From: Eledone cirrhosa
Taxonomy: Eukaryota
Direction of reading: 5' to 3'
Length of the DNA stretch: 64,000 nt
NCBI GenBank assembly: GCA_964016885.1
Contig: OZ024740.1
Location: forward strand, 341,682,001 to 341,746,000
Positions 25,932 to 38,810 of the stretch are shown piece after piece. Numbering within the stretch: position 1 is the stretch's first letter; every line of letters begins with the position of its first letter. Both the position numbers and the translations under genes were made by a program. Below the pieces are notes generated by a model. The model had not been told where the DNA came from, did not search any database, and saw only the letters and a program-made list of their open reading frames with translations.

Positions 25932-28900
25932 AACGAAGGAGTTGTGGTAAGGAACCAGATGGACCATAACGCACCAGAGTACTCAATACTTAGGGTAATA
26001 GAGTGGGTAATAGGAGAAAGTATGACCCTAATGGCAGAGCTCAAGCCGTTTCAACGGCTATTTCTGGACTAAAGTAAGAGTTTTTTTAGTCTGGTAAATA
26101 AATAGCCAAACTTTTCAAGGCGTACACAGAAAAGTCTATCATGGCAGTGGGTGCAGGGAGGGGTGGCTGAACTTGCCTGTAGAACGATAGGGGAGTGGGT
26201 AGAGCCGGTCAAGCGTTAAAGGTGAAATCTACACGGCAAATTCTAAGGAATGTGTATGAAAGTAGGCCAGAGGAGGTTGGCGAAAAAAGTTTTTTTTAGA
26301 AAATGGAGGAGGGACGTTATAGAATTAGTAAATCAAAGGAGATTAGGGGACAATGAAAAAATATAATAAAAAAGAATATAATACAAAATATGAAGAACTT
26401 TTTTCTTGACAGATACCGTGACAACCAGGACTTCGACACCAAGGAGAGATTCGGATTCATTACCTACAAATCTCCCCCACTGAACCCTATGCTCTCACCC
26501 TTCGAGAACGACCTTTTCCAACTGGTCAAGGGTATTACATTCAAACCCAGACACAAACAATTCCTACAACAACTCCATAGCCAAATAACGGAGTATGAAA
26601 GCACCAACGACATCCTGGTGCACTCGGACAAAACTGGTAACCTCTATTTCGTCAACCCGGACAGATACCACAGACTGATCAGGAGCAGCCTAAACTCCAC
26701 CTATAAAAAGGCTAACCACTCAATTTTCGAGGACATAAATCTAGAGGGACAACAAATTACCTCTAGCCTCGGGGTCGCAGACCGCATTGAACCCCTCGAC
26801 CCATGGACTCCCTACTTCACACTGAAGGACCACAAATCCGACTTCGACCGCAAACCATCCATCAGGCTTATAAACCTGACGAAGTCAGACAGGTAGGATC
26901 AGTAAAATCATCCTAGATCGCGTTATACCAAAAGTTAAGCAAAACGCGAGACTTAGCCTATGGGTTAGCACCCAGGAAATAATCTCATGGTTCAGGAATA
27001 TTGAGGACAAACGGGACACAAAATTCATCCAGTTTGACATAGAGAGTTACTATGCATCTATTACCTTACCGCTCCTTACGGCCACCTTGGACTTTGTCGA
27101 AACACTCGCGCCCATCATCGACCAGGAAAGAAATATTTCCATGCCAGGAAGACAGTCCTACTTTTCGACAACTCCAAGTGGATAAAGAGAGCGCCCGACC
27201 CCCCCCCCCCTCGACGTCAGCATGGGCGCGACCGATTCGGCCGAGGTCACCGATCTTATAGGATTATTCCTACTATTTATACTCACCGAAATGTTTGCCG
27301 CATTTGGCGGTGGATTATACCGAGACGATGGGCTCTTTACCCTCAAAGGGTACAACCCCAGTAGTACAGACCGGGTCCGTAAACAACTTATCAACTTTTT
27401 CCGGGACTGGGAATTTAAACTCACCCTACAAACGTCCCTAACCCGAGTAAATTTTCTGGACGTTAACCTCAACCTCGAAAATGATCTGTACTACCAAACG
27501 ACAACCTGCACTACATCCACCACTGCTCTAACCATCCTAGAAACATCACCAATAATCTGGTTAAAAACAACTCCCTCCACATATCTCGTTTGTCTGCTAA
27601 TGAGCAGATATTCGACGAACATGCGCCTCATTACAACCGGGCCTTCAAGCGGAGTGGCTTCCGGGAGGAAATATCCTTTTATCCAGCTTCCCTTAGCGGA
27701 ACCAGCCGCCACTCACACCACGTAACGTGGTTCAATCCTCTCCACAATGCCGAGGTGGCAACACCTATCGAGAAAATCTTCTTTAGGCTCCTCGAAAAAC
27801 ACTTTCCACCACAACACCGCTACTACAACATAATCAACAAAAACACTATCAAGCTATCCTACAGCACCACACCTAACTTTGCACAAAACATCATCTCCTC
27901 AAACAACAACAAACTCAATCCCTATGGAAGAAACAACCTAGAAATTAGTGGAGAGCCGACCAGGAGGTGTAACTACCCTGATGGATCTTCGTGCCCCCTC
28001 AACAACAGATGCCGAGAACGTAATGTGATCTACCAGTGCAACGTGAGGACGGACACCTCCAACAAAGCTTATATAGGATTAACCGCTTGTGACTTTAAGA
28101 CCCGGCTCTACCAACACCGACATACATTCCGAAACCCGGTCCGGCGACATGCCACCACACTTTCGGGCCACATCTGGGACCTCCTAGATAATAATATAAC
28201 CAACAATCTCACTTGGAGCTTACTGTCCAGAGCTAACTCTTACACGCGAGGATCAACTCCTAAACAAAAAAGACGAACTGGTAACTGCATGCAAACACAG
28301 ATTGTGGAAGACTTACCTCACCCTCAAATCCCCTAACAATCCGGGTGGGTAGACAAGGGTTGAAACACCCCACTTGCCGAATAAGATAGGGAAAACCCCA
28401 ACTTATATAGGTAGATGTACCCCTTTTCTTTTCCTCTATGTTTTCTTCTTCCCTTTGTCTCCTATCACTTCTTTCCACCACCGAACTTCTTCCTCGTTCG
28501 TTTCTTTGTTTTTTTCCCCTCTCGCCTACCCAAAGGCAGCCCATCGGGCCTCTTTAGTCTCAGTACCCCCACCCCAGTAACTTACAGATAGCATTCGCCG
28601 ATTACACTATACTAACTATTCATAGCAGCTGAGTTAGACCCCAGAGATGTGGAATTAATTTTTAATACCCAATTCTAAATTTTCAATAATTCTCATCTAG
28701 CAACCCATTCTATAGCATTGGCCGAAAAAGCAGAACCAACTAAATATAGCAGCTGTGTTAGACTCCTTAGTTTTTGTTTTATTTCACTTCTCACTTTCCA
28801 ATCTTACATTCTGATATATCTGTCTCTCATTTTTTATTATATTCTTTATTATATTTTTTCTTTGTCCCCTAATCTCTTTTGATTTACTAATTCTATAACG

Positions 28901-29260
28901 TCCCTCCTCCATTTTCTAAAGAAACCTTTTTTTGCCAACCTCCTCTGGCCTACTTTCATACACATTCCTTAGAATTTGCCGTGTAGATTTCACCTTCAAC
29001 GCTTGACCGGCTCTACCCACTCCCTTATCGTTCTACAGGCAAGTTCAGCCACCCCCTCCCTGCACCCACTGCCATGATAGACTTTTCTGTGTCTGCTACA
29101 AGCCTTGACCAATCCTCTTGACAACTGCAATCTTCCCATATAAGGAAGTACCCCTTGAAAAGTTCGGCTATTTATTTACCAGACTAAAAAAACTCTTATT
29201 TTAGTCCAGAAATAGCCGTCGAAATAGCTTGAGCTCTGCCGTCGGGGTCATACTTTCTGC
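25932..29260 (+). mobile_element. Degenerate Naiad-type Penelope-like element with inverted pLTRs
   Basis: Broken ORF ~26390-28330 (HSDKTGNLY, LKDHK, QFDIESYY, MGA.DSAEV.DL.G, GLYRDDGL, NFLDV, WFNP, VIYQC...YIG); 26013-26389 is an inverted copy of ~28829-29258; (TA)n on both sides. Confidence 0.92.
29148..29252 (+). ncRNA. Hammerhead variant with U3-A8 core and long stem II
   Basis: ACCCC-TTGAAAA-G-TTCGGCTATTT...AAATAGCCGT-C-GAAA-TAGC-TTGAGCTCT-GCC-GT-C-GGGGT; mirror copy at ~26020-26124 (-) has GAAAC-GGC. Confidence 0.7.
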
Positions 29261-29276
29261 TATATATATATATATA

Positions 29277-29917
29277 TATTATTAAGTGTAATGAATTCTT
29301 TTACAATGGAATTAGCTCGAAGAAAGAAATATTTCTGAGCCGTGTATAAATTAATATATATGATGAAACACAAATACCAACACATCTGTATTTATATTGC
29401 AAAAGAAAATTTAGCCAGAATGAAGTATACTAATTATAATATTACAGTTTGTCCATATCGATTTAAAATAATAAATCAACGAAGACGAACTGCATTGCCA
29501 AATGGCCATGATGTTTAGACACATTTAAATTTCAAAATCAAACCTGTTCCGTAGATAAGTTTAAACTTTAAAATCCAAATATGTTTCGAGATGAATAAGT
29601 GTAAGGAATATCAAGTCCTGCTCTCTTCAGTAAACATCCAGGGACAAATTGATATGCTTCACTTCTAAATAATTTAAAAGACTGTGTAACGCACATGGTT
29701 CACAGTTTCTAGCTAGCCTCATAACCGTACTGCTAGAAATAACAGTCGTATATATGAGGCTACGTTCAGCTCAACCTAAGGAGCAAATTATATTATTAAG
29801 TGTAATGAATTCTTTTACAATGGAATTAGCTCGAAGAAAGAAATATTTCTGAGCCGTGTATAAATATATATGATGAAACACAAATACCAACACATCTGTA
29901 TTTATATTGCAAAAGAA

Positions 29918-29920
<3 letters not shown>
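29277..29920 (-). mobile_element. Retrozyme-like non-coding element: 514-bp unit plus ~130-bp direct repeat, between (TA)n
   Basis: 29277-29409 is repeated at ~29791-29919; hammerhead-like motif inside on the minus strand. Confidence 0.7.
29554..29638 (-). ncRNA. Hammerhead-like motif
   Basis: GTTTA-CTGAAGA-GAG...CTC-GAAAC-[16 nt]-GT-T-TAAAC; stems II and III are short or weak. Confidence 0.5.
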
Positions 29921-30007
<87 letters not shown>

Positions 30008-30025
30008 CAAATCTCATACATATAA

Positions 30026-30074
<49 letters not shown>

Positions 30075-30701
30075 AAAAAAAAGTGGACATTAGAAAACAT
30101 TCTCTACTGATCATGTTATATAAGGAAAATGATTAAAAAAAGGGTTTGAAAAGCACACCTGGTATATAAAAAGGATTTTTATAACATGTTAGCAAAGCCT
30201 GCTTTTTCCATTTCCGATCATCAAAACAATGTGGTCGAAAATCAGTTTTAACAAAAAGACAATTTAATCTAATAACAAATATTTTGATGATCCAAGATGG
30301 AGAAAGCATGCTTTGCTAACATCAATTTTTTATGCATGTTACAAAGATCTTTTTTAAATATGTACCAGCTGTGCTTTTCAAATCCTTTTTTAAATAATTT
30401 TCCTTATACACACGCACACACAAACACATATATATATATACAAACAAATATTATAATTGTCCAAGATTTAAAAAGAATTTGTTTAGCATTGCTGATGCCA
30501 CCACTGCTCTCTCTCTCTCTCTCCTCTTCCCTCTCTCTCTCTATCTATCTCTTTCTCCCCCTCCCTCTCTCTCTCTCACATGCACACCCACATACTATTA
30601 CCATCCCCCTTCCAGTGTGACAAATGTTTTACATGAAATATACATACACCAGCTTATACAATAGATGTTTGAAAAAATTGTAATTTTTTCTTGTATTTTA
30701 G

Positions 30702-30833
30702 GTGAACATTGTGAGCTTGATGTTAATGAATGTGATTTTCAGGTATGTAAACATGGTGGAAAGTGTACTAACCTCTTCAATGACTACCATTGTTCATGTA
30801 TCAATGGATATGCTGGCAAGAACTGTCAAACAA
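30702..30833 (+). CDS. SVEP1-like exon G: EGF-like domain 6
   Basis: ttttAG|GT; EHCELDVNECDFQVCKHGGKCTNLFNDYHCSCINGYAGKNCQT; donor A|GTAAGT. Confidence 0.92.
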
Positions 30834-30872
30834 GTAAGTTATATATACATCACTACCATCATCCTCATTTAA

Positions 30873-31093
30873 CCCTTTAGCATTTAAACCGGCTGTATCC
30901 AACCAGAATTCTCTCACTTCTTTTTGTTCAAGCCAGCCATAACTGGCCACTCATACTGACGTTAATGTATTGTTCTCAAAATAACTAACATCAAAATCTC
31001 GTAGATTTGATATTATGTAAGATAGTTATATAAGATAAAACCTTTACCACAAAAATACAATAGTATATATAGAGTAATGTAAATGCTAAAGGG
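30873..31093. mobile_element. piggyBac-like MITE
   Basis: TTAA-CCCTTTAGCATTTA...TAAATGCTAAAGGG-TTAA; relatives at 46770-46989 (opposite orientation) and a partial copy at ~640-830. Confidence 0.8.
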
Positions 31094-31497
31094 TTAATAT
31101 CTGTTTTTCCATGCTAGCATGAGCTGGATATGTTGTCACAGTGCAATTCAATACTTAATTGGAGTTAATGTCCTCTTGCTAACTGGATAATGAGACGCAT
31201 CTTGCCTACTTATGTTCTGGTTTTGGCATGGTTTCTACAGCCAGATACCTTTCCTAATGCCAACCACTTTACAGAGTACACTAGGTGATTTTATCATGGC
31301 ACCAACACTAAGGAAGTTATGTCCTTAACACAACTGAAAAGTCCTCTCAATTCTTTTTTTTGAGGGGCATAATTTTTACAACCAGATGCACTTCCAAACA
31401 ACAACCACTTTCCAGAGTACACTAGGTGCATCTTATCACAGTACCATGACACTAGCACGAGAGAGATTGTTTTGTCTTTGACCCAACTAATATATTG

Positions 31498-31965
31498 ATC
31501 ATCATCATCATCATCATCATCATCATCGTTTAACGTCCATCTTCCACGCTAGCATGGGTTAGACGGGAGTTGTCCCAATTTGAGGCAAGGCTGGTTGGGT
31601 GACCGTGTCTTGCTCGTATAGGACTATCTGGCAGATTTTCTACGGCTGGATGCCCTTCCTAATACCAGCGTGGACTGTGTGTTTTTGTCGTGACACCTAC
31701 ACGATCTCGATCTCATTATCTCATTTATTTGGACTGGATGTTGTGGTACCAACTTTACAGAGAAAGGGTGGTGTTGGTGGGAGTGGGAGGATGGAGTAGG
31801 GGTAGTGGATTGGGGTGTATATTTGGTTAAGTGGTGCCTACTGACTATAGGTTTCGCTTTGTACATAGGCAAGGTGGGTCTTCTGTATTACTGCGTAGTG
31901 CCAAAGATCTTGGTCCAGTGATATTGTCTTAGAGAGGTGCAAGTGTGAAAGGTCGGAATTTATTC
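31498..31965 (-). mobile_element. RTE family-1 3' fragment
   Basis: NSDL.HLHLSKT.SLD.DLW ORF end, 3' UTR and (GAT)n tail. Confidence 0.85.
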
Positions 31966-33025
31966 TGAAATATAGATATATAGATATATACTGATATATT
32001 GATAAATACATATATATATAGAGAGATAGATATATTCTGTTATTCTTCTAATGGTTTTACTCATTTGACTGTAGCTAACTGGGGCATCACCTTTAGGTGT
32101 TTTAATTAATCATATAGTTTTGCATTACTTATTTCGCCCTGGTGCTTATTTTATTGATTTCTATTTACTAAATGAGTAAGTTACCTTTTGCTGTAAAGAA
32201 ATGCAATTCAATGCACCAATTCATTCTGGTATACACAAATAAGAGAAACACACATGTACAGATGCACTATTCATGCTCACACATTCACACACATATGTAT
32301 ATTTATATATTTCATGGTATAGTTCATTAGTGATTATACATTATGACTAAATTTCATGTACAGGTGTACTGGATAATCTTCTGATAGAATCTTCTGATAT
32401 ATGGCGTTTCTTGTGCATTTTTTAAAACTTGACTGAGCCTACTTTTACTCCAGGTCTGAACACAGCAGATTTCTTCCACAGAAGAGTAAAGAGTGAGAGA
32501 AAGGAAGAGAGAAAGAAATATAGAGTTAGAATTGATCCCAGTACTTAACTGGTACCCTTTTATCTACCTCAAAAGGATAAAAGATGAAGTTGACCTTAGT
32601 GGGATTTGAACTCAGAGAGCAGAGAGCCAGATCAAATGCTGCAAAGCATTCTACTTGATAATCATCCTCAGACATCAGCAACATATCAAATACTCATTCT
32701 ATAATAATTGATTAGTTATAAAAGAAACGCATATCAATAAACTAGTTTCACTGCTTTTGGAAAAGCATGTATGATACTACATCCCTTTGTTATGAGAAAT
32801 AACATTTAGCAACAGTTAGTGTTTTAATCTCATGTTCCCTGTTATAGCAGGTCTTAATCTTGGGACCCTATGGCAAGCTTCATATTCATCATGAGATACT
32901 TTTGAGGCAATGTTTTATGGTCAGATGCCCTTCTTAGTACCAACTATTTCCTTCACCTTTCATAATACTGCATACTTATTCTAAACTGAAATCACACAGT
33001 AAAGTATTATGATTATTTCTTTCAG

Positions 33026-33240
33026 AGGTCAGCCCTGATTTTGATCTGGTGTTTCAACAAGAGAGCATAACAGATTATGTTCGGGTGTGGTTTTTCCCTG
33101 ATCCTTACGAAATCACTATTACTTTTTGGATGAGAACTTCTGATGTTTCTAGTCTGGGTACTATGGTTTCTTATAAAAAGGAAAGTAACTACATCTTCAA
33201 CCCTGATAACTTTGCACTTTACGATTATGGAAGTTTACAG
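33026..33240 (+). CDS. SVEP1-like exon H: start of pentraxin/LamG domain
   Basis: ttctttcAG|AG; KVSPDFDLVFQQ...ITITFWMRTSD...GTMVSY...DNFALYDYG, resembling the SVEP1 pentraxin start (FxLxF...TFWMKS...GTxxSY...DN..L.DY); donor CAG|GTATAG. The order Cys-rich repeats, 6 EGF, pentraxin is SVEP1-type. Confidence 0.88.
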
Positions 33241-34043
33241 GTATAGTCATCTTATTTTATAATCTTATTTGCTTTATTTTTTAAATGTTATTCTTAATTT
33301 ACTATTATATCTCTTCACAGGAAGTAAGTTCAATTCTTAGACGCAAAAACTTTTCTTGGTTCCAAAGAGAAAAAATTCTCTTTGATGTAGGTTGAGAAAC
33401 ATTGAGCTTGTGAAGTTATTGTTGGTGTTGTTGTTGTTTAGCCCCAGATCAACCCTGATTGACTAGACCTATGATCAAATGTATTCTAGTATGATCATCA
33501 ATATTTTCAGGGTGTTTTTAGAACTAGACTTAATCTGTCACCTGGTATTTGAGAAAGGGACATCTAATATTCAGGTGTAACAATACAAAGTTTTGCCAAA
33601 CAAAAACACCACACACACTGATGGAATAAAACAATGAAGATTTAAAAAAAACAGGTCTTCTCTGGCCCGGATATCTATGAAGAATACGTATTTTCGATGG
33701 AAAAAGTTCTTATTTCCTTATGGCCATTTCATGATTCAAGAAGAAACATAACTTCAAAACAATCTAAGCAATCAACCATCAATCAACCTCAGTCTCTCTC
33801 TCTCTATATATATATTTATTTACATATATCTATAAATTTGAATTATTAATGCTCTGCACAGATGCCCATTGAGCTTTTCTACCGAGAAGCACAAATATCA
33901 TACATAATATATATGTTTTGATACCTTAAATTTGTGTATATATATATATATGACAACATGAATGGACCTGTTATTTTTATCAAAAAACATTTTTTCCAAT
34001 TCCACCCCGTCCGTCCCTTCAATCTATCTAATTTCTCATTCTT

Positions 34044-34079
34044 TCTTCTGATGAAGGACTAGCATCCGAAACGTTAAGA
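34044..34079 (+). ncRNA. Minimal type I hammerhead (PLE-type)
   Basis: TCTT-CTGATGA-A-GGA-CTAGCA-TCC-GAAAC-GT-T-AAGA inside a ~200-bp segment between (TA)n tracts. Confidence 0.75.
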
Positions 34080-34175
34080 CCCCCTTCCTGCTATTTCAAG
34101 TGTTAATATATTCCTTCCATATAATGTACCAATTGGGTTATTTCTGTTTATCTTTTACATATATATATATATTTA

Positions 34176-34208
<33 letters not shown>

Positions 34209-34227
34209 CATATATATGATGACGATG

Positions 34228-34900
34228 AATTTGTTTTGCAAGGTTTTTGATATGAAATCGTGTGTTGAAACAAATATTGTTATACTTGGGGAGGGTCATA
34301 TTGTTATAATATTGCCAGAAATAATAACAGAACACATTCACTGTTTGGTTTGGGTTGGTTTTCACTTCTGTATCTTTTATATCTTCATAGTTAATTCATT
34401 TGGCCATCAATGATTATCATTGACTGACCAACGGTCAAAAATACAGATATAAATACATATATATAGTCTAACAAAGTTCTTTCGTTGCACATCTGCAACA
34501 TCATCAGTGGTACTATTATGTTTCCTCCTGTTGTATTGTATATCTACACCATTTTATTTTATAGAGATAAAATAAAATGGCGTAGACATACAATACAACA
34601 GGAGGAAACATAATAGTACCACTGATGATGTTGCAGATGTGCAACGAAAGAACTTTGTTAGACTATATATATGTATTTATATCTGTATTTTTGACCGTTG
34701 GTCAGTCAATGATAATCATTGATGGCCAAATGAATTAACTATGAAGATATAAAAGATACAGAAGTGAAAACCAACCCAAACCAAACAGTGAATGTGTTCT
34801 GTTATTATTTCTGGCAATATTATAACAATATGACCCTCCCCAAGTATAACAATATTTGTTTCAACACACGATTTCATATCAAAAACCTTGCAAAACAAAT
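34228..34900. mobile_element. ~670-bp near-perfect palindrome (PLE pLTR-derived) with a hammerhead in each arm
   Basis: Arms 34228-34562 and 34567-34900; + arm motif at 34617-34660: CTGATGA-T-GTTGCA-GATG-TGCAAC-GAAA-GAAC-TT; termini homologous to those of 14382-16212. Confidence 0.88.
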
Positions 34901-35419
34901 ATATATATATGTATATATATAAAGAGAGAGGGGGCTCTTAGCACTAGGACCAATGAGAAAAAGAAGTGAAGAGAGAGTGGAGGAAGTCAATATGGGATAG
35001 TGGGAGGAAGTAAAATGTAGAAGAAAGGTAGTCTAAGTTGAGAAAAGAGTGATGGCTGAACAAGGAGGCAAATGGAGATGAATGGGAGGGGGAGCTAAAG
35101 ACAAAAGGGACATTTACATGATAAAAAGGGGAATGTGCTGGCATGAGTGGCCAGAACAATGGATTAGTAAAATGAGAAAGGTTTGGTAAGCTCTCAGGAA
35201 CTGGAATGCTAGGAGTGGTACAAAGAATGAAGGGGGGTGGAAAGGGAAATAGTCTATGAGAGGTAGGAAGGTAGAAGTGCCAAGATGAAAACAGAACAAT
35301 AACAGGTGCTGTATCTACAAGAATTGAAAGTATTTTCCTTTAGACAATCACACACACGCATACACAATCATCATCATCATCGTAGTGGTTTATTAGTTCT
35401 AATTTATATATATATATAG

Positions 35420-35951
35420 AGAGGTAGAACACTGGAAGATAATATCCGTAGTGGTAGAGCACTCAGTCCATGGGACGAGTTAGGTAGAAGTGGTGACACA
35501 ACAGTTAATTCACCATACCGAGAACAATTATTTCACCTTAGTAGATCCTCAGCTTGTGGACTATGAATTGATGAACGGATAAATATTCTAAAGAGATTAC
35601 GCAATAGCGATTGCCTAAACTCAAGAAATGAATTCTTCACACATTGTCCACATGTTTGGAAACACCTCTTACATAACTACAAAGCTCTGGATTGAACAGC
35701 AACATCCTAATTTTCTTATCAACTAGAACCTTTTGGACTTTCGCAGTTATCTCCCTTACACTTCTCGCACGCAGTTTTGTATTGCCTGGGTGAAGTGACT
35801 GTTTCTGCGCATGCGCGTTCATGTTTCTGCGCATGCGCGTTCATACAGTTGTCCTTCCTGTTCCATATAACCATGTCCATTACGAGCTGAGGATCCGCTA
35901 AGGTGAAACAATTGTTCTCGGTATGGTGAACTAACTGTTGTGTCACCACTT
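35420..35951. mobile_element. Element with ~70-bp inverted hammerhead-containing arms between (TA)n
   Basis: ~35488-35556 is inverted at 35883-35951; + arm CGAG-CTGAGGA-TCCGCTAAGGT-GAAAC-AATT-GT-T-CTCG (35883-35920). Confidence 0.78.
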
Positions 35952-36246
35952 ATATATATATATATATATATATATATACTCAGATTAGTAATATTTGAAA
36001 AACTCAGATTACATTTATATATATATATATATATAAATGTAATCTGAGTTTTTAAAATATTAATAATTGTTTCTACTTTTGACACAAGGACAGCAATTAC
36101 CCAGTGCATTACTGGTACTTTATTTTATTGACCCCGTAAGGATGAAAGGCAAAGTTAACTTCGCCGGGATTTAAACACAGACTGTAAAGGGGCGTAACTA
36201 TGCTGGAAAGCATGGCGTCCGACCCTATTTGATTCGTTGTTATTAT

Positions 36247-36850
36247 ATCTATATAAAGTTGTAGTTCCTGTCTGTTTGTTTGTTTGTTCACGAACTCCTC
36301 CTATAGTTTTGGAGATAGACCCCCATAACCATATATATTCTGAAACTACATTTCCCAGGGTACTTGGATAAGTATATTTCATTTTAATCAAAGGGTTCCC
36401 CAGGGGCACAAACCCCCACTGAAAATGTTTTCCCTTCGATTTATATGAAATTTAAACCATAGGTAAATGACAAGATATGATGCCTATTCATAAAATGTCA
36501 GCAAATTTCAATAATATTAAGACGCTCTAATGGAGGTTAAACCCCCTATAGTGAAAATTTTGGAAGCCCATAACTTGAGTATTGGAACCTCTATTATCAT
36601 GGGGTTTTTCTATTAATTAAATGTAAATCAACAAAAAAAAGCACCTCTCTTTTATAGTAAAATTTGGCTAATTTAGACATTTTATCTATGGCAAAACATC
36701 ACTAGAATTATGACAACAAAAATTATTAGTTAATGCCTCTACTTTTTTAACATTTTTGTTTTATTTTTTCTTCATAAATTATATCACTGATTTAAAATCA
36801 ATCATCATTTACAAAAAAAATGTGTGAAACGCAGCAAGGCGTGGGTAATA
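36247..36850 (+). mobile_element. Non-autonomous Helitron/Helentron (HINE-like) element
   Basis: Start ATCTATATAAAG, (TGTT)n near the 5' end, subterminal CGCAGCAAGGCGTGGGTA; a related terminus TACTAGC...CCCGGCGTTGCACGGG at ~4996-5025. Confidence 0.5.
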
Positions 36851-36925
36851 TATATATATATATATTTATGTCTGAATTTCAGGCAAGCGTCTCATGTCGA
36901 CATATCATAAACATTATTATTAACT

Positions 36926-36993
36926 TCTGTCTGATGAAGACCTGATAGACTTATGTAATCTTTTTCTAACACCTCTGAAATGTGCACAACAGA
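36926..36993 (+). ncRNA. Degenerate hammerhead-like motif
   Basis: TCTGT-CTGATGA-AGA...TCT-GAAA-TGTGCAC-A-ACAGA; the U16.1 position is C, so probably inactive. Confidence 0.5.
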
Positions 36994-37455
36994 CTATATT
37001 TAATAAACTAAAGTATGGAAATGTAGAACTGTCTGAGTGTATGGTGATGGTGGTGGTGGTGGTGTTTATTCAGTCAAAGCCTGAACATTTTACTACATAT
37101 ATATGTGCACATTGTGCTCTTACCATACATATGTCACTGCTACTATATAACATGGAATATGTAAACATTAGGGACACACAAAAAAATAATAACTTAAAGA
37201 ATAAAATGTGAAGATAACTGTGCATACAGATTTCAAAATCAAATTTTCTATTATATATCTGCATCATTATCATCATAATCATCATTATCATCACCACTGT
37301 TTAATGGCCATTTTCCACACCAGTATGGGTTAGACAGGTTGTCCTGTTATAAGACTATAAGACAAGTCAGATCGGATGGCCATGTCATGCTTGTATAGAA
37401 CTGTTTCTGGATTGGTTATATATATATATTTATATTATATATATATATATATATA

Positions 37456-37486
<31 letters not shown>

Positions 37487-37523
37487 ATATAAGATCAAAA
37501 GATGGTTAAAGGAGTTCAATATA

Positions 37524-37590
37524 TTTTATTATGCGCATTTCAAAAACAAACATCATCAAACAATAATATTTGTGTTTTCATCAGATAAAA
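37524..37590 (-). ncRNA. Hammerhead in the 3' pLTR
   Basis: Reverse complement of 42797-42863. Confidence 0.85.
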
Positions 37591-38810
37591 CAGGAGAACA
37601 TGATATGAAGGCTAAAAAAACACTTGTTGATAGTGCAGTTTTAAATCAACATATGAAAAGTGGTTTTAGATTGATGTGTGATATTGGGAAAAATATTTTA
37701 TTTAGAGAGGGGGGGAGAGAAAAGGATGAAAAGGGAAGGAGATGAGAGGGAGAGATGGGTGATAGAGAGAAAGAGATAGTTTTTATAACAGAGAGGAGAT
37801 ATATTTTATATAGAGGGGTTGAAAACCGTTGGAAGATACTGTATAAATTAAAAATTTTGAAAATTAACGAAGGGAGGATATGTGCGAGGAAAAAATATAT
37901 TATATTTAGGGAGGGGTGGGGGTGGAAAGGATGAAAAAAAGGGAGGAGATGAGAGTGAAGGTGGAAAGGGAGAGATGGGTGATAGAGAGAAAGAGATAGT
38001 TTTTATAACTGAGAAAAAGATATAATGTTTTAATATAGAGAGGTTGGGAACCGTTGGAAGATAATGTATAAATTAAAGGAATTTGAAAATTAACGAAGGG
38101 AAATTATGTATGGAGATAGAGAGAAAAAAATAACGAAGGGAGATTATGTATGGAGATAGAGAGAAAAAAATAATAATTGTGGGTGAATATTCAAAAGGAG
38201 AAATGTAGGAATCTTAAAATTAGCAAAGAGAAAAAGTTTATGTATAGGATTTGAGAAAAATTTATATTGAATTCATATGTATTAATAATGAGTTCGTTGA
38301 TGGGGAGAAAAAAATAATAATAATAAATTAAGGATGAAATTGAGATTAAAAAGATTTATGATAGAGAGAAAAAATAATAATGATTGCGGATGAATACTCA
38401 AAATGTCAAAAACAAATGTTATTGTTTTACGAAGAGATATAATGAGGGTGATGAGTAAACGGGTATTATAGAGTGTATAATGCCCTTTAAAGTAAGGTAG
38501 ATGGGTATATTTTAAAGAATATATGAGTATATATTAAAAAAAATATATATAATAATAAATTAAGGATGAAATTGAGATTAAAAAGATTTATGATAGAGGG
38601 AAAAAAAAAAATAATAATGATTGCGGATGAATATTCAAAATGTCAAAAACAAATGTTATTGTTTTACGAGAAGATAGGATGAGGTAAATGAATAAACGAG
38701 TACTATAGAGTGTATAATGCCCTTTAAAGTAAGGTAGATGGGTATATTTTAAAGAGGTGTATGTATATGTGCCTTTGAGAAAAGATTCTAAATTGATAAA
38801 GAATTGAATA

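Noticed and set aside
29730-29748. GCTAGAAATA resemblance to the Cas9 sgRNA scaffold
   Set aside because: Only ~10 nt match, that loop is an engineered junction, and no nuclease gene is present.
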